The notes below the pieces were generated by a model that saw only the letters and a list, made by a program, of their open reading frames with translations, made no database searches and was not told where the DNA came from. From the NCBI GenBank assembly GCA_964578845.1, contig CAZOEF010000004.1, positions 1,562 through 65,561 of the forward strand: a DNA stretch of 64,000 bases, in the 5' to 3' direction. Source of the DNA: Candidatus Woesearchaeota archaeon. Its GTDB lineage: Archaea; Nanobdellota; Nanobdellia; Pacearchaeales; GW2011-AR1. Positions 54,247-63,565 of the stretch are shown piece after piece. The position numbers and the translations under genes are program-made. Position 1 is the stretch's first letter, and each line of letters begins with the position of its first letter.

Positions 54247-54283
54247 AAATCCCTTTTAAATCTTACTTTTCTAACCCAAACGC

Positions 54284-54291
54284 TTTAAAAC
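54284..54291 (+). promoter_or_regulatory. TATA box (TTTAAAAC) starting 29 nt upstream of aIF2-gamma ATG 54313
   Basis: Phased TATA pattern. Confidence 0.6.
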
Positions 54292-54312
54292 CCCCTTATT
54301 CTAAAATATTTA

Positions 54313-55506
54313 ATGGAAGATATCTCGAAGTTAGAAACAATAAATATTATAATAGCTGGACATATTGACCACGGAAAGACAACCTTGCTCCAAAAACTCT
54401 CTGGAAAATGGACAGATACTCATTCTGAAGAATTAAAGAGAGGTATAACTATCAAACTAGGCTATGCAGACACTATAATATACAAGGATTCAGTTTACAA
54501 TATAGAGAAAAAAGGAGCTCCTGTAAGGTATGTCTCATTCGTTGATGCGCCTGGCCACGAGATGCTTATGGCAACAATGCTCTCAGGAGCTGCCATAGTT
54601 GACGCTGCAATTTTAGTAGTTGCAGCTAATGAAGGGATAAAGCCGCAGACAAAGGAGCACCTGATGGCTCTGCAAGCAAAAAACATCAAGGATATCATAG
54701 TTGTCCAAAATAAGATAGATTTAGTTACAGTTGAACAGGCAAAAGATAATTATACAAAATTAAAAGAATTCCTTAAAGGAACAATTGGCGAAAATGCTCC
54801 AATAATTCCTGTTTCAGCGCAGCAGGGAATAAATATCTCAAAAATATATGAACAGATATGCAGTATCAAAGTTCCTGACAGGTCACAAAAAGATGTGCCT
54901 ATCTTTTTAATAGCAAGAAGTTTTGACATCAACCGTCCAGGAACTAAACCAAAAGATCTCCACGGGGCAGTATTAGGGGGAACACTAAAACAGGGCATAA
55001 TAAAAAAAGGAGATATAATAGAGATAAAGCCAGGGATAACATTAAAGGAAGCTAACCAATTGCACTATAAGACAATAAAAACCAAAGTAAAAAGCTTATT
55101 CAAAGGTTCAAGAGAAGTAGATGAATTGACTCCTGGAGGAAGCTCTGCGATTGAAACAGAATTAGACATGTCAGTCGGAAAAACAGACTCCCTATCAGGA
55201 TGCGTGGCTTCCCATGAAGACAAACTACCTGAGATAACTAATGAGCTAAAATTAAAATATACTTTATTCAAGGAAATTTACGGCCCTCAGGGAAAAATGC
55301 CGATAGATCCTATTAAAGCTGCAGAAAACTTGATGCTCTCAATAAATACTTCTGTAACAATCGGGCTTACAAAAAAGATCAAAGGCGATGAGCTCGACCT
55401 ATCACTAAGGATACCAGTCATACCTTTCAAAGGAAACAAGGCAGGAATCGCAAGAAACATTAATGGCCATTGGAGATTAATAGGTTATGGGGAAATACTC
55501 AATTAA
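54313..55506 (+). CDS. eif2g: Translation initiation factor aIF2 gamma subunit
   Basis: IAGHIDHGKTTL, VDAPGHE and QNKIDL G motifs, followed by domains II and III. Confidence 0.95.
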   Translation: MEDISKLETINIIIAGHIDHGKTTLLQKLSGKWTDTHSEELKRGITIKLGYADTIIYKDSVYNIEKKGAPVRYVSFVDAPGHEMLMATMLSGAAIVDAAILVVAANEGIKPQTKEHLMALQAKNIKDIIVVQNKIDLVTVEQAKDNYTKLKEFLKGTIGENAPIIPVSAQQGINISKIYEQICSIKVPDRSQKDVPIFLIARSFDINRPGTKPKDLHGAVLGGTLKQGIIKKGDIIEIKPGITLKEANQLHYKTIKTKVKSLFKGSREVDELTPGGSSAIETELDMSVGKTDSLSGCVASHEDKLPEITNELKLKYTLFKEIYGPQGKMPIDPIKAAENLMLSINTSVTIGLTKKIKGDELDLSLRIPVIPFKGNKAGIARNINGHWRLIGYGEILN

Positions 55507-56903
55507 TCTATAATAACAGGTTTATCCTCAGTTCTGTCAATTCCGGTATAATCTTTCTTTGATTCTAGGATAAATAATGAAGCTATCGCGCCAATGAATG
55601 TCAATAAGGATGAGAATATAAATAAAACCTTATAAGAAAATCCAGCGCTTAGAAGCGTGCTAAGGATAGCAATACCTAAGACTCCTGAAAGATTCCTGCA
55701 AAGATTCAGTAGCCCTGAAGCAACCCCCACTTGATGATGCTCAACTGAGCTGGTGACTGCAGTGGTTAAAGGAGCCATCCCTAATCCCAAGCCAGAGCCC
55801 ATAAAAATAAGCGGCAGGATCATCTGGAATAAAGTAGTTGAGTCATTAAGCCCTGATAATGAATATATACTTATTGAACTGATTACTATTCCAATAGCTA
55901 TAGTCAATCTAGGGCCTATTTTGTAGGATAGTCTCGCCCCTAATGGGGACAGTAAAGTAAATCCTAAAATCAGAGGAAAGAAAATATATCCTGATTTAGT
56001 GGCACTAAACCCTAGGCTCTGTTGCGCAAATAATGATATTACTAGGAGTATTCCTGTAAACATCCCCTGCGATAATATCGTGGTGATCAATGAGGATGAA
56101 AGAGTCTGGATTTTGAATAACTTCAGGTCAATTATAGGGTTAGAGACTTTATGCTCTATTATAAAGAATAAAGTCAGGGAGAATATAAATAATAAATATA
56201 GCACAATGCTCTGCGGCGACACCCATCCCCAGCTTAAGCCTTTATCCATGACTAATACTAAGCTGGAAATAGTTATTCCTAAAATAATAGCTCCGAAATA
56301 ATCGAATTTTCCTATCTCCTCAGGAAAATCTTTGGGGACAAAGAAGATTATCATGAAAAGCCCGACTATTCCTACTGGAAGGTTTAGAAAGAATACGCTT
56401 CTCCATGAGAATTTATCGATAAGAGGACCGCCGATCAAGGGACCTAATGCTATGGAAGCTGTGACCATTGCAGACCATAATCCTAAAGCCTGGGCTCTCG
56501 CCCTTCTGTCTTTGAAATTCTTGGTTATGAGTGACATGGCTGAAGGGTATATTGCTGCTCCAGCTGCCCCCTGCAGTGCCCTGAAGGTTATTAATGAGCC
56601 GATATTCCAGGAGATCCCTGCAAGAATAGATGTTGCGATAAATGACAAAAATCCTAATAAGAATATTTTTTTATGCCCATACCTTCCTCCAATCTTGCCG
56701 AAAATAGGGACAAAGATGGCATTGGCTAAAATATAGATTGATGCCACCCATGCTGCTGTTGATAATGTAACATTAAAAAACGTGATTATGTCAGGAATAG
56801 CCAGATTAACAACTGTCCTGTCCAGTCCGATAAGTATTGTCCCGAAGACAAGGGCGACTAGCATCAGCCACAAAGAATACGGCTTCACCTCTTTAGTTTT
56901 CAT
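55503..56903 (-). CDS. MFS transporter, 14-TM drug:H+ antiporter (DHA2/EmrB-like)
   Basis: About 14 helices, with GKIGGRYGHKK (motif A-like) and a LGPLIGGPLID motif. Confidence 0.85.
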   Translation of the reverse strand: MKTKEVKPYSLWLMLVALVFGTILIGLDRTVVNLAIPDIITFFNVTLSTAAWVASIYILANAIFVPIFGKIGGRYGHKKIFLLGFLSFIATSILAGISWNIGSLITFRALQGAAGAAIYPSAMSLITKNFKDRRARAQALGLWSAMVTASIALGPLIGGPLIDKFSWRSVFFLNLPVGIVGLFMIIFFVPKDFPEEIGKFDYFGAIILGITISSLVLVMDKGLSWGWVSPQSIVLYLLFIFSLTLFFIIEHKVSNPIIDLKLFKIQTLSSSLITTILSQGMFTGILLVISLFAQQSLGFSATKSGYIFFPLILGFTLLSPLGARLSYKIGPRLTIAIGIVISSISIYSLSGLNDSTTLFQMILPLIFMGSGLGLGMAPLTTAVTSSVEHHQVGVASGLLNLCRNLSGVLGIAILSTLLSAGFSYKVLFIFSSLLTFIGAIASLFILESKKDYTGIDRTEDKPVIID

Positions 56904-56975
56904 AATAGGTAATAATTATAATATGATTCTTAAATTTATCTAAATCTTTTTAATCTCCTCATTCTAAAAAATTGA

Positions 56976-59849
56976 ATGCAGGATCTAGCAATAAAAAAGG
57001 TGAAAGGCCCATGCGTTATTCTTGCAGGGGCAGGAACTGGAAAGACTTACACTATAGTGGAGAAAATAAAATATTTAATAGAGAATAATATCTATAGTCC
57101 TGAAAAGATAGTCTGTCTTACTTTTTCTAATGAAGCAGCCAATTCCCTTAAGGAAAGAACATTATCTATAATAAAGGACAAAGAGCCGATAATAAAAACA
57201 TTCCATGCTTTTTGCGCTGACCTCTTAAGGCTATACGGTGAGAAAATCGGGATCAATCAAGAATTCAAGATACTTCTCCCTGATGATGCAAAAATAATGC
57301 TCCATAAGAATTTCAAGTTGCAGCCTAACCTCTGCCATAAGTTCATCAACGAAATAGGGATAGCGAAAGACTTAGGGATAACCTTGGAATCTTTAGAAAA
57401 TTATCTTAAAAATAACCTAAATGAAGATGATCCTGAAAAAAAGCTTGAATCCCTGCAGTTCACATTGCAGACATCATATTTATCAAAGGAAAAAGAGGAA
57501 TTGAAGCTTATCAAATCACAAATAGAAAGTTTATCTAGGCTCATGCAGCTAAAAAAACTGATTACTGTCTGGAAGTCATATGAAAAATTAAAGGAAAAGA
57601 AAAATTTCCTTGATTACTCTGACCTGAACAATAATGCGCTTACATTATTAAGGGAATATCCTGGGGATTATGAATATATAATTGTCGACGAATTCCAGGA
57701 CACTAACAAGGTGCAATGCGATTTCCTTGAATTATTGGCCCCGCACCGCAATATAACTATAGTTGGTGATTTAAACCAGTCTATTTACCGCTTCAGGGGA
57801 GCTTACAAGGACAATTTTTCTAATTTCAAGAAGGTATTTTCTATAGCTGACAAAGACATTTTCAATTTAGATAAATCCTACAGATCGACAAACAGGATCT
57901 TGAGAACAGCCCATGAATTGATACAGAATAACTACGAGAATAAGGAAGAGTGTTTTCCTGTCTTTAGCGTGCATGATAAGGAAGGGGAGAAAGTTAAAGT
58001 TTTTGAATTAAAAAATAATAAGGAAGAAATAAGAAAAATACTCGAGATAATAAGGTCAGAAAGAGATTCAGGAGTTCCATTCAACGAGATCTGCGTTATG
58101 TTCAGGACGCACCAGCAGGCAAGATCCCTGAAGAACGCTCTAGACTATGAGAATATCCCGTACACTTCAGTCACTAAAAAATCGCTATTAAAAACAACTC
58201 CTGTCAGGATAACAATAGATTACTTGACTATACTCCATAAAATAAAGAATAAATTGAAGGGAGGGGAGCAGTCATGGTGGGACTTGATATATTTAGAGGG
58301 GTTTTCAAAAGAGGATTCGATAATCCTGAGCAGATTCATCAAAGAATCAAAAGAATTTCTGGGCATAAAGATATTGAATGAAATAAGCTCGCTCAATCTA
58401 TCAGAGCAAGGAAAGATAAAGTTAAGGCTGCTTCTAACAAGAATAAAGGACTTAATACCTTCTGCGGAAAAAGATATTCCTGAACTGATGCTAAGAATAT
58501 ACGAAACAACAGGACTGGCCTATAACGAGACATTTGATGAGGATAAGGAACGCGTGGTCATATTAAAAAAGTTCCACGAGCTGGCGCAGGAATATTCCTC
58601 ATTCGACTCTCCCTTGCTGGCTGACTTTTTGCATCACCTTGATGTGATTAAGGCGCTTGGAATAGAGATAGAAGCACCTTCACTAAACAAATCAGGGATC
58701 AAAATAATGACTCACCACTCCACTAAAGGCCTTGAATATCACACAGTTATCCTGGCGAACATGGTCCAGAAAAAATTCCCTATGGAAAAGATAAATGATT
58801 CAATAATCCCTAAAGAGCTCTCTCCTGATGTTATTGCTGCCATAAATGACATGACAAAAGAGGCGCTTTCTGAATACGAGAAGCACAACCAGCTCTTGGA
58901 AGAGAGAAGGTTATGCTATGTTGCATTCACAAGAGCAAAGTCAGGCCTTTACTTGACTTATGCTAAAGAATATAATTCCCGAAAATTCCTTCCAAGCCAA
59001 TTCCTAAATGAAATAAATTATAAGGGCAATAATTCCATAGAATTTATCCAGGACAACGAAGAGAAATATGTTGAGCCTAAGGTTGAGATCAAGAGTGCAA
59101 AAGGAATTTCTTTGGATAAGGAAATAAAATTCTCACCTTCAGCCCTGCAGATATTTGATTCATGCCAGAAAAAGTATGAATACAAGTACATTTACAATAT
59201 GCCTCAGCCAGACTCAATTTCCTGGGAAGCTGTAAAAATAGGGTCTTTTACACATCTGGTTTTTGAAGATGGTGTCAAGTCTAACTTTAAGGAAGAAAAA
59301 GAATTTATAGATTTAGCAAGGAAAATGCTGTTGCTAGAAGAATGGAGCTCAATAGACATTGAAGAAGTCATCCCGTTAGTAAAAGTGTTCTATCACCGAA
59401 ATAAGAATAAATTCAGTCCCAAATCAATGACAGAAAAACTGCTCTCAGCTAATCTTAATGGCATGAAGTTCATCGGAATAGCTGACCGGATAGATTTTCA
59501 TCCCGATGGAATAGAAATAATTGATTATAAGACAGGTTCTTCAGATATAAAGCCTAAATATAGGAACTGGCAGTTAGGTTTCTATGCTTTAGCAGCAAGA
59601 AATTTAGGAACTCCTAAGAGATTAACATTAGACTTATTAAAAAAAGATAAACCTCTAGAGTTCGAATTAGACGAAAAAGGAAATGCTTTTGAAATACATT
59701 CAGCAAGAACTTCCTTCAGCCTCGAAGAAGTCAAAGAAGAGTTAGTATCAACAGCTAAACAGATATTAGAATGCTACCAGAAAGGATTTATGCCTTGCTC
59801 TCCTGAAAAGAACTGCGAGTTTTGTAATGATTACGTCGTTAATAGTTGA
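56976..59849 (+). CDS. UvrD/PcrA-type SF1 helicase fused to a C-terminal PD-(D/E)xK Cas4/AddB-like nuclease with a Cys cluster
   Basis: GAGTGKT, IVDEFQDTN, YRS and TKGLEY helicase motifs. The C-terminus has ...DSCQKKY..., DRIDF...IIDYKTG and CSPEKNCEFC. Confidence 0.85.
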   Translation: MQDLAIKKVKGPCVILAGAGTGKTYTIVEKIKYLIENNIYSPEKIVCLTFSNEAANSLKERTLSIIKDKEPIIKTFHAFCADLLRLYGEKIGINQEFKILLPDDAKIMLHKNFKLQPNLCHKFINEIGIAKDLGITLESLENYLKNNLNEDDPEKKLESLQFTLQTSYLSKEKEELKLIKSQIESLSRLMQLKKLITVWKSYEKLKEKKNFLDYSDLNNNALTLLREYPGDYEYIIVDEFQDTNKVQCDFLELLAPHRNITIVGDLNQSIYRFRGAYKDNFSNFKKVFSIADKDIFNLDKSYRSTNRILRTAHELIQNNYENKEECFPVFSVHDKEGEKVKVFELKNNKEEIRKILEIIRSERDSGVPFNEICVMFRTHQQARSLKNALDYENIPYTSVTKKSLLKTTPVRITIDYLTILHKIKNKLKGGEQSWWDLIYLEGFSKEDSIILSRFIKESKEFLGIKILNEISSLNLSEQGKIKLRLLLTRIKDLIPSAEKDIPELMLRIYETTGLAYNETFDEDKERVVILKKFHELAQEYSSFDSPLLADFLHHLDVIKALGIEIEAPSLNKSGIKIMTHHSTKGLEYHTVILANMVQKKFPMEKINDSIIPKELSPDVIAAINDMTKEALSEYEKHNQLLEERRLCYVAFTRAKSGLYLTYAKEYNSRKFLPSQFLNEINYKGNNSIEFIQDNEEKYVEPKVEIKSAKGISLDKEIKFSPSALQIFDSCQKKYEYKYIYNMPQPDSISWEAVKIGSFTHLVFEDGVKSNFKEEKEFIDLARKMLLLEEWSSIDIEEVIPLVKVFYHRNKNKFSPKSMTEKLLSANLNGMKFIGIADRIDFHPDGIEIIDYKTGSSDIKPKYRNWQLGFYALAARNLGTPKRLTLDLLKKDKPLEFELDEKGNAFEIHSARTSFSLEEVKEELVSTAKQILECYQKGFMPCSPEKNCEFCNDYVVNS

Positions 59850-59952
59850 AATTCTAAAAGGATGTATTGAGAATATTCGGAGATAGGGGTTTAGTTAATC
59901 TTTAGTCTCTGGTTCTTCACTTACACCAAATTCCTTTAGGACAGTTGAAGAC

Positions 59953-60879
59953 CTAATTCACATTCCTTGCATCAATCCCAGTATTAGCATTCACAGCGCT
60001 TAAATTAGGGCCTGTCAAGTTCATATCTGTATCATTCATAGGATTAGTGATATTCTGGTCTGTATCATTATTATCTGCCGGAGGCAAGGCATCATCGTCC
60101 AATAACAAGGATATCCACCATGGGACATTAGTGTCTATAATCTCTCCTGTCTCTGGGTCAACACTTGCTTCAAGTCTTGCTTTCATCTTGAATATGCCTA
60201 AGAACCTGCCGTTCTTCTCTGACTCAATGTGGTAAACAACTCTAGGAATATTCCTATCAGAATCATTGACCTCTTCAATCTCAATTTCTGTGCTGTCATC
60301 TTCATCCAAGGCAAATCTTTCCCTTGCAGCTTCTAATGCGTGCTCAGGCAGGAACTCAAGAATGCTTTCATCGCCATTGGATAATTTTGCCTTTATTTTC
60401 AGCATTTCCTCTCCATCCTCAAGATCGACTTTTTCCTCAAGCTCAACTTTACTATCTACCTCGACATCTTCGCCTTTTATTTCTGACCTGTATTTTATCC
60501 TGCTTCTAATTTCTCCGTCCTTGACTTCTTTTTCAATTCTTATCCTGATTTCCTTAATCTCCCCTGTTTCCGGATCTACAACTCTTCTCCTTTCCTCATA
60601 TCTTTCGCGTGTTCTGCCATCCTCATCAACTCTTGTCTCTGTTCTTACCCTTACCCTGTCAGAATCATCGGAGCTATCATCGTCCCCTATTCTTATATCT
60701 GAGCTTACCCTTAGTGAATCGTCATCGCTTCCTGAATTTGATCCACTATTATCATCAGAGGAACTTCCAGAATTATCATCTGAACCGTCACCATCTCTAC
60801 CAGAACCGCTTTCAGCATTTACAAAACTGACTAATAATATCAATACCAGAAATAATGATAAAAATCCAACACTCTTCAT
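59953..60879 (-). CDS. Secreted, strongly acidic protein with an Asp/Ser-rich repeat and two DPETGEI motifs
   Basis: Signal peptide MKSVGFLSLFLVLILLVSFVNA, the repeat GSDDNSGSSSDDNSGSNSGSDDDS, and DPETGEIKEI / DPETGEIIDT. Confidence 0.6.
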   Translation of the reverse strand: MKSVGFLSLFLVLILLVSFVNAESGSGRDGDGSDDNSGSSSDDNSGSNSGSDDDSLRVSSDIRIGDDDSSDDSDRVRVRTETRVDEDGRTRERYEERRRVVDPETGEIKEIRIRIEKEVKDGEIRSRIKYRSEIKGEDVEVDSKVELEEKVDLEDGEEMLKIKAKLSNGDESILEFLPEHALEAARERFALDEDDSTEIEIEEVNDSDRNIPRVVYHIESEKNGRFLGIFKMKARLEASVDPETGEIIDTNVPWWISLLLDDDALPPADNNDTDQNITNPMNDTDMNLTGPNLSAVNANTGIDARNVN

Positions 60880-60909
60880 GATTTTAAATAGGGAAAGGGA
60901 TTAATAAAT

Positions 60910-63432
60910 TTACTGGCCAGCCTGTTCAATGACTTCCTCTTCTCTTGGAATCTTGACAGCATCAGCTACTCTATCTCCGACCTTAAGCTTGACTATTCTT
61001 ACACCTTGTGTAGCCCTTCCCATCACTCTAAGCTGTTTCATCGAAGTCCTTAAGAATATCCCTTTAGTAGTTGTCAGGATCACAGAGTCTTTATCATCTA
61101 CATTAATAGACCTTACAATGTTCCCAGTCTTCTCTCCGACTTTTAGATTGATAACTCCCTTGCCGCCTCTTGAAGTCTTCCTATAGTCTTCTAAAGCGCT
61201 CCTCTTGCCGTATCCTTTTTCAGTAACAGTCAGTATAGTAGTCTTCCCATCAAGTAAGACTGGGACTAATGCAACTACTTCATCTCCTTTGGCTAATTCG
61301 ACTCCTTTCACCCCATAACTTGACCTTCCCATGCTCCTTACGTCATTAGAATTAAATCTTACAGCCTGGCCTTTCTTAGTAGTCAATAGAACTTCCTGCC
61401 CGTCAGTTATCCTGCTTACATTTATCAGTACATCTGAACCGTCCGCAGGCATGTTTATCACTCTAACTCCTGTGCTTCTAGGTTTAGCTAGATCTTTCAA
61501 AGGAAGTTTCTTGACAATGCCAAGTTTAGTTGCGAACATCAGGTAATCATTCTCAAAGTTCTTAACAGACATCACATTAGCTATCTCTTCATCTCTCAAG
61601 CTAAGAAGATTAGCTAAAGCCCTTCCTTTTCCTTGCCTGGCTCCGTCAGGAACATCGTGCGCCTTCTGCCAATAGACTCTGCCGCGAGTAGTGAAGAACA
61701 ACAAATAATCGTGTGTTGAGCAAGTCAATAATGTGGTAACAAAATCTTCATCTTTTAGCCCTGCTCCGGTTATTCCTGCCCCTCCTCTTCTCTGCTCTTT
61801 ATAAGCCTGCAGGTCAACTCTCTTAATATATCCAGAGCTTGTCATCATTATTACAACATCTTTCTTCTCTACCAAATCTTTTTCATGGATTTCTGCAAAC
61901 CCTTTCTGTATTTTAGTCCTTCTTTCATCACCGTAATTCTTCTTTAGCTCAAGAGTCTCTTTCTTTATGACTCCTAGTATTTCCTGTTCACTTGATAATA
62001 TCTTCTTAAGATAAGTGATAGCTTCTTTCAATTCTGTTTCCTCTTTTTTGAACTTATCAGATTCAAGCCTGGTCAATTGTGAAAGCCTCATCTCTAAGAT
62101 TGCTTTGACTTGTCTTGGAGTGAAATTGAATTTCTTGATCAGCGCTTCTGAAGCCTCTGCTGTACTGCTGGATTTTCTGATTATGGAAACAACGCTATCA
62201 ATATCCTTTAATGCTATTAAAAATCCTAAAACTAATTCAAGTCTTTCCTCAGCTTTCTTGAGCTCAAATTTGCTCCTATTGGTCACAATCAATTTTCGGT
62301 ATTTGACATATTCCTCTATAACATCCCTAAGTGTCAATACTCTTGGCCTTCCACCAACTAATGCAAGAAGATTAGCATCGAACCTGTCCTGCAACCTTGT
62401 CAATTTATACAGTTTATTCAAAGTAAATTTAGAACTGGCACCTTTCTTTAGCTCTATGACTATTCTCACTTTCCCTTTTGCAGATTCATCCCTTAAATCA
62501 GACACATCAGGCAGCTTCTTCTCTGTAGCTAATTTTGCGATGTTAGCAACTAAATCTGCCTTGTTTACCATATAAGGTATTTCTGAAACAATTATGCTGG
62601 TCTTGCCATTCTTCTCTTCAGTAGATGTCTTTGCCCTGATCAGGATTCTTCCTTTCCCTGTCTTATAGAAATCAGCTATTCCTTCTCCAGAAATTGTCCC
62701 TCCTGTAGGGAAATCCGGGCCTGTGACATGCTGCATCAGGTCTTCAACTGTAGACGAAGGTTTGTTAATATACGCCACAACAGCATCACATACTTCAGTA
62801 AGATTATGCGGAGGAATATTAGTAGCCATTCCAACTGCTATCCCGGTCGCTCCATTCAGCAATAGATTAGGCAATTTTGCAGGAAGGGTGGTCGGCTCTT
62901 TTTCTTCATTATTAAAAGTAGGGACCATCTTGACAGTCTCCTTATCGATATCCTCTAAGAGTTGTGCAGAGATCTTGCTCATTCTCGCTTCAGTATACCT
63001 ATAAGCAGCTGCAGAATCTCCGTCCATGCTTCCGAAGTTTCCCTGCCCGTGGACTAATGGATATCTCATAGAGAAATCCTGTGCCAATCTGACCATTGCA
63101 TCATAAACAGCGACGTCTCCGTGAGGGTGGTATTTACCGATAACATCTCCTACTATAGTAGCAGACTTCTTTGTAGGTTTAGTCGGATCAACTCCTAACG
63201 AATACATTGAATATAGGATTCTTCTATGGACTGGCTTTAATCCGTCCTCTACTGCAGGCAAGGCCCTCTGGACTATTACTGACATCGCATAATCGATGTA
63301 AGCTTTCTCCATCTCTTCCACTATCTCTGCTGCGGCTACGCCTTTCTCTCTTCCTATTTGATCTTTCAGTCTTCTCTGCTCTTCCATCTTCTTGACTTCT
63401 TCGTCAGCTTTCGCTTCGCCGTTATCTGCCAT
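60910..63432 (-). CDS. gyrA: DNA gyrase subunit A
   Basis: [26 protein letters not shown], the active-site AAYRYTEAR region, and a C-terminal beta-pinwheel. Confidence 0.95.
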   Translation of the reverse strand: MADNGEAKADEEVKKMEEQRRLKDQIGREKGVAAAEIVEEMEKAYIDYAMSVIVQRALPAVEDGLKPVHRRILYSMYSLGVDPTKPTKKSATIVGDVIGKYHPHGDVAVYDAMVRLAQDFSMRYPLVHGQGNFGSMDGDSAAAYRYTEARMSKISAQLLEDIDKETVKMVPTFNNEEKEPTTLPAKLPNLLLNGATGIAVGMATNIPPHNLTEVCDAVVAYINKPSSTVEDLMQHVTGPDFPTGGTISGEGIADFYKTGKGRILIRAKTSTEEKNGKTSIIVSEIPYMVNKADLVANIAKLATEKKLPDVSDLRDESAKGKVRIVIELKKGASSKFTLNKLYKLTRLQDRFDANLLALVGGRPRVLTLRDVIEEYVKYRKLIVTNRSKFELKKAEERLELVLGFLIALKDIDSVVSIIRKSSSTAEASEALIKKFNFTPRQVKAILEMRLSQLTRLESDKFKKEETELKEAITYLKKILSSEQEILGVIKKETLELKKNYGDERRTKIQKGFAEIHEKDLVEKKDVVIMMTSSGYIKRVDLQAYKEQRRGGAGITGAGLKDEDFVTTLLTCSTHDYLLFFTTRGRVYWQKAHDVPDGARQGKGRALANLLSLRDEEIANVMSVKNFENDYLMFATKLGIVKKLPLKDLAKPRSTGVRVINMPADGSDVLINVSRITDGQEVLLTTKKGQAVRFNSNDVRSMGRSSYGVKGVELAKGDEVVALVPVLLDGKTTILTVTEKGYGKRSALEDYRKTSRGGKGVINLKVGEKTGNIVRSINVDDKDSVILTTTKGIFLRTSMKQLRVMGRATQGVRIVKLKVGDRVADAVKIPREEEVIEQAGQ

Positions 63433-63565
63433 TTTCCTCTCTTCCTAAAATTTCTTTCTCAGGAAATTCTCCTGAATATCCGCAGTTCTTGCACATGAAT
63501 TTTCCTGATCCGATCATCTCCACATCCTCGCTCCCGCAATTAGGGCATACCCTCTTTGAGAGCAT
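63422..63565 (-). CDS. 47-aa zinc-ribbon protein between gyrB and gyrA (not in the ORF track)
   Basis: My translation is [47 protein letters not shown]. Its ATG shares a base with the gyrB TGA (TGATG), and its last 11 nt overlap the gyrA start. Confidence 0.55.
   Translation of the reverse strand: MLSKRVCPNCGSEDVEMIGSGKFMCKNCGYSGEFPEKEILGREENGR

Noticed and set aside
59850-59952. Imperfect inverted repeat CTAAAAGGA ... TCCTTTAG flanking the convergent spacer between the helicase and the acidic protein gene
   Set aside because: The interior is AT-rich and shows no convincing internal structure. It is most simply a bidirectional termination region.
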